Of a DNA stretch of 32,000 bases, positions 16,167-22,990 are shown piece after piece. Positions within the stretch are counted from its first letter, which is position 1. Each line of letters opens with the position of its first letter. A model generated the notes under the pieces. The model was not told the DNA's origin. It made no database searches and saw nothing but the letters and a program-made list of their open reading frames with translations. The stretch comes from Candidatus Methanophagaceae archaeon (GTDB lineage Archaea > Halobacteriota > Syntropharchaeia > Alkanophagales > Methanospirareceae), in NCBI GenBank assembly GCA_003194425.1, contig PQXB01000001.1:100444-132443 (forward strand), written 5' to 3'. Position numbers and translations under genes: made by a program.

Positions 16167-16274
16167 TTCTCTTTCTCTCCTCTATTTTCCTTCTCCTCTT
16201 CTTCTGCCTTTCCTCTACTTCTCCTTTACTCCTACTTCTCCTCTACTCTTAAAATCTGTCTGCTCTTTTAATCT

Positions 16275-17975
16275 TTATTTCACACTATATAAACTTTGCG
16301 ATTTTTTGCTGTGCTCCAATTTCTCTACCCTAACATCGACGTAGGGCAGATTTCCAGACAGGACACGCACTGTCCCGCCTCCGCTGCCCTCCTCCTGCGT
16401 TACGACTGCGTGTCCGCTCCCCTCACTCCTGCTCCCCTCACTCCTGCTCCCCTCACTCCCGCTCCCCCCTCCCTTGACGGTAGCCGAGCTTTGAGCAAGT
16501 TTTACTGGGTTGCTTGAATTGTCGTTGTGAATGCAGACGAAATTGACGACGACGCCCTCGACCGGTCTGCCCGCGGTGTCGTTCACCCACACGGTTATTT
16601 TCCCTGCTTCGTAGCTGGCGCGGAGTGAGACAGGCGGGTTGAAATTTTGGCTTGCAGGGACAGAAATATTCCCTGAAATTTGGCTTAATTTGGCGACCAT
16701 TCCCGTGTCGTCGGTTACTTTGAGGTCGATTAAGACGGCTTCACCAGGTACTGGATTTATTCCTTCGAGTCCTGCCCGCACCTTCTTTCCTGTCTGGTAG
16801 TGCGCGGTTTCGCCGCCACCCACTCTTGAGTCGTTGTAGTAAACCGTCCAGTTGAACTCAGTGACAAAACCGTCGGGGTCCGGGTCGTAAGATTCCGAAG
16901 CGTCCAGCACCAAAAAATCCCGAAACACTACTCCTAAGTCCTCGGTAACTACCTGCACCCGAGCAACCGGCACCGGCGGTGCGAACGCGTCCGCGAAATT
17001 GCTGCCCAGCCCGGTTATCAAAAGCGTCTCGATTGGGTCAGTGGTCTTGAGGTGCACGGGACTGCCGCCAAAGTCAGTGAGCAAGTTAATCCGCAGGGAA
17101 GCGGTAGAACGCGGCGGCATTGTGTAGGGGTGCGCCCGAGTGAAGACCGCTTTGCCCTTGCTCGTGGGTGAAAAGACCGAGTAAGTGCGTGCAAAGTGGT
17201 TTTTGACTGCGACCTCTTTTAGCGTGGTCTTGCGAATGTTTAGGTTTCGTGCTGCGAGCTCGACCTCGCCCCAGTAGGACGGGTTTGAGAATTTGATGTC
17301 GTCGAGGTAAATTGTAGTGTCGTCGCGTTTTAGTGTGAACCGCAGTTCGCTGAACTCCGACTCAGAGCCGAGGGAGAAGGAGGTTGTGTTTTTCTGCCAC
17401 TTGTTTTTGGCTGGAAAATTTATTGGAACTCTCTCCCCGTTCAGCGAAACCTCGACCACCCCGTCCCCTGCGAGACTGCTCTTTACCCTGAAACTCAACT
17501 CAACCTCCTCCCCGCTGGATTGAAAAGGCACGAAAGATTTGTTAATGAATTCGTCGGCGTCGCCCGTAACTTTGAAGGCATATTTTGATTTTTTCCCCTC
17601 CTCTCCCTCTACCTCGCACGCCTCTCCCCCTACCTCGCACGCAACGACCTCCATCGTTTCGGTCGTGTTGCGCCAGCCGGAGTAAGGGTAGTCCCTGCTG
17701 AGCGTCCAGTAGCAGTTTTGAGTTCCGTAATTTTTGAAGACGCTCACGCCCTCGAAGTCGTCAATGCAGGCTGCAGGGTAGAGTGATATTTTGGTAATCT
17801 CAAGCTCTTCGAGTTCAATCGCGGTCGTGTGACTCTCCTTTTCCGCGATGTCTTGCTGAAGACTTGTAACAATGTACGCGACCGAGGTTGCGGCGGTGAC
17901 CGTGATTATTATGAGCAGCATTGCCCCGACAATCACGCTTGTCCCGCTGGTACCCTTAACGAAAGGGGATTTCAT
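16275..17975 (-). CDS. Surface protein with archaeal class III (type IV pilin-like) signal peptide and a PKD-like domain
   Basis: N-terminus MKSPFVKGTSGTSVIVGAMLLIIITVTAATSVAYIV. Internal LDASESYDPDPDGFVTEFNWTVYYND is PKD-like. A C-terminal GSRSE repeat is present. Confidence 0.55.
   Translation of the reverse strand: MKSPFVKGTSGTSVIVGAMLLIIITVTAATSVAYIVTSLQQDIAEKESHTTAIELEELEITKISLYPAACIDDFEGVSVFKNYGTQNCYWTLSRDYPYSGWRNTTETMEVVACEVGGEACEVEGEEGKKSKYAFKVTGDADEFINKSFVPFQSSGEEVELSFRVKSSLAGDGVVEVSLNGERVPINFPAKNKWQKNTTSFSLGSESEFSELRFTLKRDDTTIYLDDIKFSNPSYWGEVELAARNLNIRKTTLKEVAVKNHFARTYSVFSPTSKGKAVFTRAHPYTMPPRSTASLRINLLTDFGGSPVHLKTTDPIETLLITGLGSNFADAFAPPVPVARVQVVTEDLGVVFRDFLVLDASESYDPDPDGFVTEFNWTVYYNDSRVGGGETAHYQTGKKVRAGLEGINPVPGEAVLIDLKVTDDTGMVAKLSQISGNISVPASQNFNPPVSLRASYEAGKITVWVNDTAGRPVEGVVVNFVCIHNDNSSNPVKLAQSSATVKGGGSGSEGSRSEGSRSEGSGHAVVTQEEGSGGGTVRVLSGNLPYVDVRVEKLEHSKKSQSLYSVK
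16416..16473. repeat. 15 bp x3.8 tandem repeat inside the pilin-like gene
   Basis: gctcccctcactcct x3 plus a partial unit. Encodes GSRSEGSRSEGS. Confidence 0.95.
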
Positions 17976-18004
17976 CTCTCCGATTTTTATCAGAATTTAA
18001 ATAT

Positions 18005-18970
18005 TTATAAATCCTCAACCCTCGACAAATCCCTCGCCGCCTTCTGCACCGCCTCTTCCGAATTCCACCGCTGCCGCCAGCCCATTTTCTTCAGCCGCGA
18101 AGCGTCGAGCATCATAACCGGGACATCGCCTTTCCAGCCCCTTTTACCGCCCGTGAACTTGAATTTCGGTCTCGGGAACGCCCGCATTTCCTCGCAGACA
18201 ATCTCTGCAATCCGCTTTACGCTTACCCTGTCGTCCGTCCCGATGTTGAAAATATTCACGCTCTTGCCCGCACCTGCACCCGCAAACATCGCTTCTACGC
18301 AGTCGTCCACATAAATGTACGACTTCGTCTGCTCGCCGTCGCCCAAGATTTCCAACTCCGCAGGGCTACTCCTTCTTCTTAACTTCTTTATAAAGTCGTA
18401 AATTACGCCGTGCGACGACCGCCTGCCGACGACATTCGCAAACCTGTAAATCCAAGCTCGCATTTCAAAAGTGTGGCAGTAAGAAGCGATTAACGCCTCG
18501 CAGGCAAGTTTTGAGGCACCGTAAAGCGAGATTGGAATCGTGGGGTAGTCCTCAGGCGTGGGCAGTTTCTCGGCGTCGCCGTAAACGGTGGAGGTAGAAG
18601 TGAAAACCAACTGCCGCACCCCTTTCGCCCGCATCGCCTCCAGCACATTGTAAGTCGCGAGGACATTCTGCTCCAAGTGCACCCTCGTGTTCTCGACGCC
18701 GACTCGCACCTCTGGGTTCGCAGCGAGGTGCCAAACCTGCTCTACTCCCTCAAAAAAATCTGTTAAGCCCCCGCTCCCTGCACCTTCCTTACCTTGCAAG
18801 AGGTCGATTTTGTGAAACTGGAAGTTTGCGTTGCTCAGGTGCGGGGCTACGAATTCCTCGTCCCCCGCGCTCAAGTCGTCCAAGACCACAACCTCGTGCC
18901 TCTGCTCCACTAACCTGTCAACCAAATGCGAGCCGATAAATCCCGCCCCGCCGGTTACTAAAATTTTCAT
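18005..18970 (-). CDS. NAD-dependent nucleotide-sugar epimerase/dehydratase (SDR family)
   Basis: MKILVTGGAGFIGSHLVDRL and YGASKLACE (YxxxK). Length is 321 aa. Confidence 0.9.
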   Translation of the reverse strand: MKILVTGGAGFIGSHLVDRLVEQRHEVVVLDDLSAGDEEFVAPHLSNANFQFHKIDLLQGKEGAGSGGLTDFFEGVEQVWHLAANPEVRVGVENTRVHLEQNVLATYNVLEAMRAKGVRQLVFTSTSTVYGDAEKLPTPEDYPTIPISLYGASKLACEALIASYCHTFEMRAWIYRFANVVGRRSSHGVIYDFIKKLRRRSSPAELEILGDGEQTKSYIYVDDCVEAMFAGAGAGKSVNIFNIGTDDRVSVKRIAEIVCEEMRAFPRPKFKFTGGKRGWKGDVPVMMLDASRLKKMGWRQRWNSEEAVQKAARDLSRVEDL

Positions 18971-19198
18971 TGCACTTCTATTTTCTTAACTGTCTTTGTT
19001 ATTTCTGCCGCTACTTCTTCCGCTTTGAGCTTTACTTCTCATTGCCTTGTTTCTTTCGCAGGCACGTACCTCCAATCCGCCCCGTCTTCGCTCACTATTT
19101 TGTAGGTCGTTGTGTTGTTCATCAAGTCGCAGGGGTGGTACTCGGTCTTGTCTGTTCTGATTGAGTCCGTTGGCACTGCTGGTTTGGCTCGCCGCTTA

Positions 19199-19284
19199 CT
19201 TAAACCTTTCTTTAGAAAAGAGAGTTTTATCAAAACAAAAAAATAAAAAGAGGGCTCAGTTGTTGCTGAGCCCCTCGAGTTCGG
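19199..19284. repeat. Copy L of ~85-bp double-hairpin unit (AT-rich palindrome + A-run + GGCTCAGTTGTTGCTGAGCC hairpin)
   Basis: Almost identical to 21093..21177, with a few mismatches or indels by eye. Related to 22195..22275. Confidence 0.85.
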
Positions 19285-19345
19285 AAAGTCTACTTCTGCT
19301 CTCGCTCTCTTTCTCCCACCACGGTCGGTCAGCGCTGCGTCTCAT
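19256..19345 (-). pseudogene. C-terminal remnant of the small secreted-protein family seen intact at 22249..22916
   Basis: Minus-strand translation MRRSADRPWWEKESESRSRLSELEGLSNN* matches the end of the 22249..22602 product (DDRPWWEKSVSSELGLGVELELEGLSNN*). Its ATG overlaps the endonuclease stop. Confidence 0.55.
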
Positions 19346-20175
19346 TTTGTTATTATCAGCACTTTCGCAACCGCCGTGTAGGTCTTTCTCCCAAATGTAA
19401 AAACAATCTCGTCTCCCCTCGAGACCGCCGCCTCATCAAAAAAATCATCAATCTTCTGAAACACGAGACTAAAATCCCGCTTTAACTCCCAACTCCTCTC
19501 AGGCTCGCCCCTCTCCAACAGCACAACAAACAGCCTGTTCTCGGCTCCAAACCTCTGAGCGCCTTGATTCTCGTACATCCAAACCGCTAGCTCTCTCGGA
19601 CTCGCCACTGCGTAATCAGAATCATAATCTCGCGGCAAGTAAGTAACCTTAAGATCAAACGGCTGACCGTCAAAGAAAATGTCAACACCCTTAACATTCT
19701 TGAGCGTGGGAATTACCCTCTGATGAGAACTTATGTGCTCCTCAATCAGCACCGTCGTCCAGTGGTTGAACCAACTGCAAACTACATAATTCGTCACCTC
19801 CTCGTACAGTCCTGCCTCAACATTCCTCAACAAGTTATCGTACCGCACGAACCGCCGCACATATTCTGCCTGTATCTTTCGGTCTAACTGCCCCTGAACC
19901 ACGCCCCACGAGAATGTTTTTACTTTCAATAATTCCCTTCTCAAGTCCTCGTCAGAAATAACAGCCCTTCGCTCCTTAATCCTTTCCGCGTATTTTTGCT
20001 TGATAAACTCGTCAATTAGTTCCTCATTCGGCCGCTCCTCTAATATTTTTTTAATAATCTTTGTCGCAGTGCCTCTCTTCGAAATTCCTAAATTTAGAGC
20101 GAGTATTCTTAATTCGGGCAACCGAATACAACCGAGCTTCAGATTCAAGACCTCTTTTTGACTCAAAAATGGCAT
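19342..20175 (-). CDS. Putative type II restriction endonuclease (PD-(D/E)xK candidate) with N-terminal SAP-like motif
   Basis: Lies 22 bp downstream of the DNA methyltransferase on the same strand. LPELRILALNLGISKRGTATKIIKKILE is SAP-like. GVDIFFDGQPFDLKV fits D...DxK. No family is recognised beyond this. Confidence 0.5.
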   Translation of the reverse strand: MPFLSQKEVLNLKLGCIRLPELRILALNLGISKRGTATKIIKKILEERPNEELIDEFIKQKYAERIKERRAVISDEDLRRELLKVKTFSWGVVQGQLDRKIQAEYVRRFVRYDNLLRNVEAGLYEEVTNYVVCSWFNHWTTVLIEEHISSHQRVIPTLKNVKGVDIFFDGQPFDLKVTYLPRDYDSDYAVASPRELAVWMYENQGAQRFGAENRLFVVLLERGEPERSWELKRDFSLVFQKIDDFFDEAAVSRGDEIVFTFGRKTYTAVAKVLIITK

Positions 20176-20197
20176 AAAAAAACCCTTCTATTTTTCC

Positions 20198-21082
20198 TTA
20201 TTTTTTCTTAAAAATCATAATGTATTCGTGTTTAAAGATGTAAAAACCACCGACCAACGCTCTGTACCGCCACAACTCCTTCTGATTTCTCTTACCTCTC
20301 GTCTCCTCAAAGTTCTTCACAACAATGCTCTTCAGGAGGTAGCCCCGCTTCAAGACCTCCTGCATACAGAAAAAACCAAGAGGCACCCACTCGCTGTTGG
20401 AGTATTTGTCGCCGATGACGAGAGCGAAATACCGCTCTCTCTCCAAGTACGGCGTTACATTCTCCACCACCTCCCCAAACATTTTTAGAAAATCTTGCGT
20501 GGTCGTCGCATTTGAGAGGTCTCGGTCGTCGTCAGAGAATTTAATAATGTCGTGGTAAGGAGGGTGCAGAATTATGAGTTGGACTTGATTTAGGGAGTGC
20601 TTCTCTAAAATGGGTTTTAGGTCTGCTGTCCTGCTGTCGGCTGTAATTATTTCTGTGGTTACAGTGTGCCCAGTGTGCCCGCCGGTGTGGCTGTTAGGTT
20701 CTTTCGCTACCGACGCCTCTGCTTTCTTAACGACCTCTGGATTTAACTCGATTCCGATTCCGTTCCGCCCGAGCCGACGGCACTCAATTAAAGTCGTCCC
20801 GCTACCCAGAAAAGCGTCTAAAACCCAGTCTCCTTTTTTGGTGAATCGGAGCATCATTTGGCGAGGGATTTGAGGGACGAAGTTGCCCCAGTAGCCCGCA
20901 CCCGCAGAATGAGAACCAGAACGGTCCCTCTTGTCAAAGACCCAGAGGCTGTCTGTTATGACTTCGTCGTAGTCCTTCCACCTGAGGAGGTTTAGGTCGT
21001 TGATTTTGGTGGTCTTGACCTCTTCCTTTCGGGTTTGATTTTCCTTAAAAAGAGTCGTCTGCTTGCAGTAGTTGTTTCTCAT
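20198..21082 (-). CDS. N6-adenine or N4-cytosine DNA methyltransferase (PF01555-like sequence blocks in permuted order)
   Basis: The AdoMet motif VLDAFLGSGTTLIECRRLGRNGIGIE precedes the catalytic motif LIILHPPYHDI. Confidence 0.8.
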   Translation of the reverse strand: MRNNYCKQTTLFKENQTRKEEVKTTKINDLNLLRWKDYDEVITDSLWVFDKRDRSGSHSAGAGYWGNFVPQIPRQMMLRFTKKGDWVLDAFLGSGTTLIECRRLGRNGIGIELNPEVVKKAEASVAKEPNSHTGGHTGHTVTTEIITADSRTADLKPILEKHSLNQVQLIILHPPYHDIIKFSDDDRDLSNATTTQDFLKMFGEVVENVTPYLERERYFALVIGDKYSNSEWVPLGFFCMQEVLKRGYLLKSIVVKNFEETRGKRNQKELWRYRALVGGFYIFKHEYIMIFKKK

Positions 21083-21092
21083 TAAAACTTTC

Positions 21093-21177
21093 TTAAAACC
21101 TTTCTTTGAAAAGAAAGTTTTATCAAAACAAAAAAATAAAAAGAAGGCTCAGTTGTTGCTGAGCCCCTCGAGTTCGG
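21093..21177. repeat. Copy M of ~85-bp double-hairpin unit
   Basis: cttaaaacctttctttgaaaagaaagttttatcaaaacaaaaaaataaaaagaaggctcagttgttgctgagcccctcgagttcgg. Homology to the 22.2-23.0 kb region resumes through 21340. Confidence 0.85.
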
Positions 21178-21263
21178 GCACCGCTGCTGCGGTAGCGACC
21201 GCTACGCCACTCAAAAGCACGACCAAAAAGACCTGCCCTACTCCTCTCTTCTGTTTTCGCCAT
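21149..21263 (-). pseudogene. Internally deleted, frame-disrupted copy of the small secreted-protein gene
   Basis: The ATG and first codons (MAKTE) and the upstream 75 bp match 22917..22993. The signal-peptide segment (..VAVATAAAVPEL) joins directly to ..EGLSNN* but is one frame off from the ATG. Confidence 0.55.
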
Positions 21264-21336
21264 TTTTTTCTCCTGCGTTTGTGCTTCTTTTTATTCTTTA
21301 AGAGGGTTAGTAGGTTAGTAGTTAAGCAGGAGAAAA
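21264..21336. promoter_or_regulatory. Duplicate of the divergent promoter/5' region found at 22917..22990
   Basis: About 75 bp, near identical (about 2 mismatches by eye), including gggttagtaggttagtagttaagcaggagaaaaATGA. Identity stops right after the ATGA that includes the start codon. Confidence 0.6.
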
Positions 21337-21504
21337 ATGAAAACAGAGAAAATCTTCGTGGAACTCTCAGAAGACTCCGCGGAAAGAGTAGGGATTAAAG
21401 TTAAAGTAGGGAAAGTGGAGAGCAAAGATTTAGACCGAGTTAGGAAAATTTTATCCAAAGGAACGCCTCTCTCCAAAATTGAAAGGGAGCAGAGGAGAGA
21501 GTAG
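21337..21504 (+). CDS. Small hypothetical ORF (55 aa) placed behind the duplicated idsA promoter/RBS/ATG
   Basis: Own translation: MKTEKIFVELSEDSAERVGIKVKVGKVESKDLDRVRKILSKGTPLSKIEREQRRE*. No family recognised. Confidence 0.3.
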   Translation: MKTEKIFVELSEDSAERVGIKVKVGKVESKDLDRVRKILSKGTPLSKIEREQRRE

Positions 21505-21537
21505 AAAATTCATTTTGATAATATTATTGGTGAGAAA

Positions 21538-21786
21538 ATGGAAGTGGAAGCAAGAATGGATGCAAAAGGCAGGATTGTAATCCCGCAACTTGTTAGAGAG
21601 AAATTAGGAATTAACGAAGGAACGCTCCTCTCAATTGAGGAAAGAGAAGACAGGGTCATTTTAAAACCAAAGAGGGAAAAGGAGAGGAAGAAGAGTAGAA
21701 TAGAGGATTTTTTTGGTCTAAAAGTGGAGAGGACAGGAGAACCAGAATGGGCGACGGCAAAAGAGATAAAGAGTATTTGGGAGTAG
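21538..21786 (+). CDS. vapB: AbrB/SpoVT-fold antitoxin
   Basis: MDAKGRIVIPQLVREKLGINEGTLLSIEEREDRVILKP is the swapped-hairpin AbrB/MazE motif. It overlaps the PIN gene downstream. Confidence 0.8.
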   Translation: MEVEARMDAKGRIVIPQLVREKLGINEGTLLSIEEREDRVILKPKREKERKKSRIEDFFGLKVERTGEPEWATAKEIKSIWE

Positions 21787-22226
21787 ACACAAATGTGTTG
21801 GTGGCTTTCTTGGATAAAGAACATCCAGACAATCCGAAGACAAAAATATTAGCAGCGCATCAATATCTCGCAGTAAATCCAACTATTATCCACGAAGCCT
21901 TTCACACATTGGTTTACAAGCAAAAATGGAAGCGAGAAGATGCAAAAAATATACTGACCGATTACACGGATTTGGATACAATATTATTCTTGAATCAAAC
22001 GAAGGAAATCACAAAATTAGGATTAGAAGTAGGAGTAAAATATAAAATAGGAGGTAGGGACGCTTTGATATTGGCTAACTTCCTTTTTAATTCAGTGGGG
22101 AGGATGATAACATTTGATAAGGAGCTATTAGAGGTTAAGGAGCTCCTGATAAAAGGAAAGAGGTTAGAGATATTTCTACCATCTTTTATCAAAGAAACCT
22201 TTCTTTACAAAAGAAAGCTTTACTAA
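21747..22226 (+). CDS. vapC: PIN-domain ribonuclease toxin
   Basis: LGVDTNVLVAFL (first Asp), IIHEAFH (Glu), GGRDALILANF and ITFDKEL (Asp residues). The start may instead be the TTG at 21777. The last ~12 codons are encoded by a palindromic element. Confidence 0.8.
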   Translation: MGDGKRDKEYLGVDTNVLVAFLDKEHPDNPKTKILAAHQYLAVNPTIIHEAFHTLVYKQKWKREDAKNILTDYTDLDTILFLNQTKEITKLGLEVGVKYKIGGRDALILANFLFNSVGRMITFDKELLEVKELLIKGKRLEIFLPSFIKETFLYKRKLY

Positions 22227-22275
22227 AGAAAAAAAAATAAAAAAGGACTCAGTTGTTGCTGAGCCCCTCAAGTTC
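22195..22275. repeat. Copy R (more diverged) of the double-hairpin unit
   Basis: aaagaaacctttctttacaaaagaaagctttactaaagaaaaaaaaataaaaaaggactcagttgttgctgagcccctcaagttc. Confidence 0.75.
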
Positions 22276-22602
22276 TAGTTCCACTCCAAGTCCAAGTTCG
22301 CTGGAAACACTCTTCTCCCACCACGGTCGGTCGTCGATGAAAAATGTCGCGGTGTCGGTGCCGAGAACCGTGCCTGGCGTTGTCGTTAGGTCGGTCAGGG
22401 TTGCGACGAAGGTGTAGTTGCCGTCGGCGACGAAGTAACTGACTGGGATTTCGAACGGGACGGTCGCAGACCACTGGAACTCGGCTGGCAGCAGGAACGG
22501 CGGGGACTGGTAAATCCGGTCGGTCTCGCCTGCTGGCTCCTCGAGCTCAAGCAGGAACTTCGCTGCCACTGGCATCGTGGCTGTTGCTCTCTCTGAAATC
22601 AA
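22249..22602 (-). CDS. Hypothetical protein, distal ORF of a two-ORF (or frameshifted) secreted-protein locus; conserved C-terminus ELEGLSNN
   Basis: The 117-aa ORF has a TTG start overlapping the upstream stop (GTTTGATT). The stop codon sits in the loop/stem of a conserved hairpin followed by a T-run. Confidence 0.5.
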   Translation of the reverse strand: MISERATATMPVAAKFLLELEEPAGETDRIYQSPPFLLPAEFQWSATVPFEIPVSYFVADGNYTFVATLTDLTTTPGTVLGTDTATFFIDDRPWWEKSVSSELGLGVELELEGLSNN

Positions 22603-22916
22603 ACCTGTCTTTGTTTCGAGGTGTCCACTGCAATTCGTTTCTTCAGCAGTGCGATGCTTTCTCTGACGCCGCTAATTTCGACGCCGATGATGTCGCCTTC
22701 GCCGTCGGTCAGCACCCAACTGTCGCCGGACTTGTCGAAGGTAATTTCGTCGGGCGAGAACACGTCGAAGTTCTGCGGCGGTGCGAGTTCGGGCACCGCT
22801 GCTGCGGTAGCGGTAGCGACCGCTACGGCTGTCGCAAGAAAGACCGCGAACCCCAGCGCTACTCCGCTTCTCCCTCTCTCTCTGCTTCCCTCTCTACTTT
22901 CTTTTGTTTTCGCCAT
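22599..22916 (-). CDS. Hypothetical secreted/membrane-anchored protein, proximal ORF
   Basis: The ATG at 22916 gives MAKTKESREGSRERGRSGVALGFAVFLATAVAVATATAAAVPELAPPQNF... (basic N-region + hydrophobic helix). The 231-aa track ORF upstream of this is a spurious extension across idsA. Confidence 0.55.
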   Translation of the reverse strand: MAKTKESREGSRERGRSGVALGFAVFLATAVAVATATAAAVPELAPPQNFDVFSPDEITFDKSGDSWVLTDGEGDIIGVEISGVRESIALLKKRIAVDTSKQRQV

Positions 22917-22990
22917 TTTTTTGCTCCTGCGTTTGTGCTTCTTTTTATTCTTTAAGTGGGTTAGTAGGTTAGTAGTTAAGCAGGAGAAAA
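22917..22990. promoter_or_regulatory. Divergent intergenic promoter region (idsA rightward, secreted-protein gene leftward)
   Basis: An AT-rich ctttttattctttaag segment (TATA-like on either strand) and an aggag RBS before the idsA ATG. Duplicated at 21264..21336. Confidence 0.5.

Noticed and set aside
18971-19255. Unassigned ~285-bp region with minus ORF 19039..19233 and a UGAUGA (C-box-like) string near 19120
   Set aside because: The ORF starts inside a palindromic element and matches nothing I recognise. No properly spaced D box (CUGA) or C'/D' pair was found, so neither a CDS nor a C/D sRNA call is supportable.
19199-22275. Are the three 85-bp hairpin units integron attC sites?
   Set aside because: No integrase is in the window. 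The hairpin loop/stem (CTCAG-TTGTTG-CTGAG) does not fit the attC R'/R'' core (GTTRRRY/RYYYAAC) as I recall it. The units also include the coding 3' end of a paralogous gene, so homologous recombination explains them at least as well.
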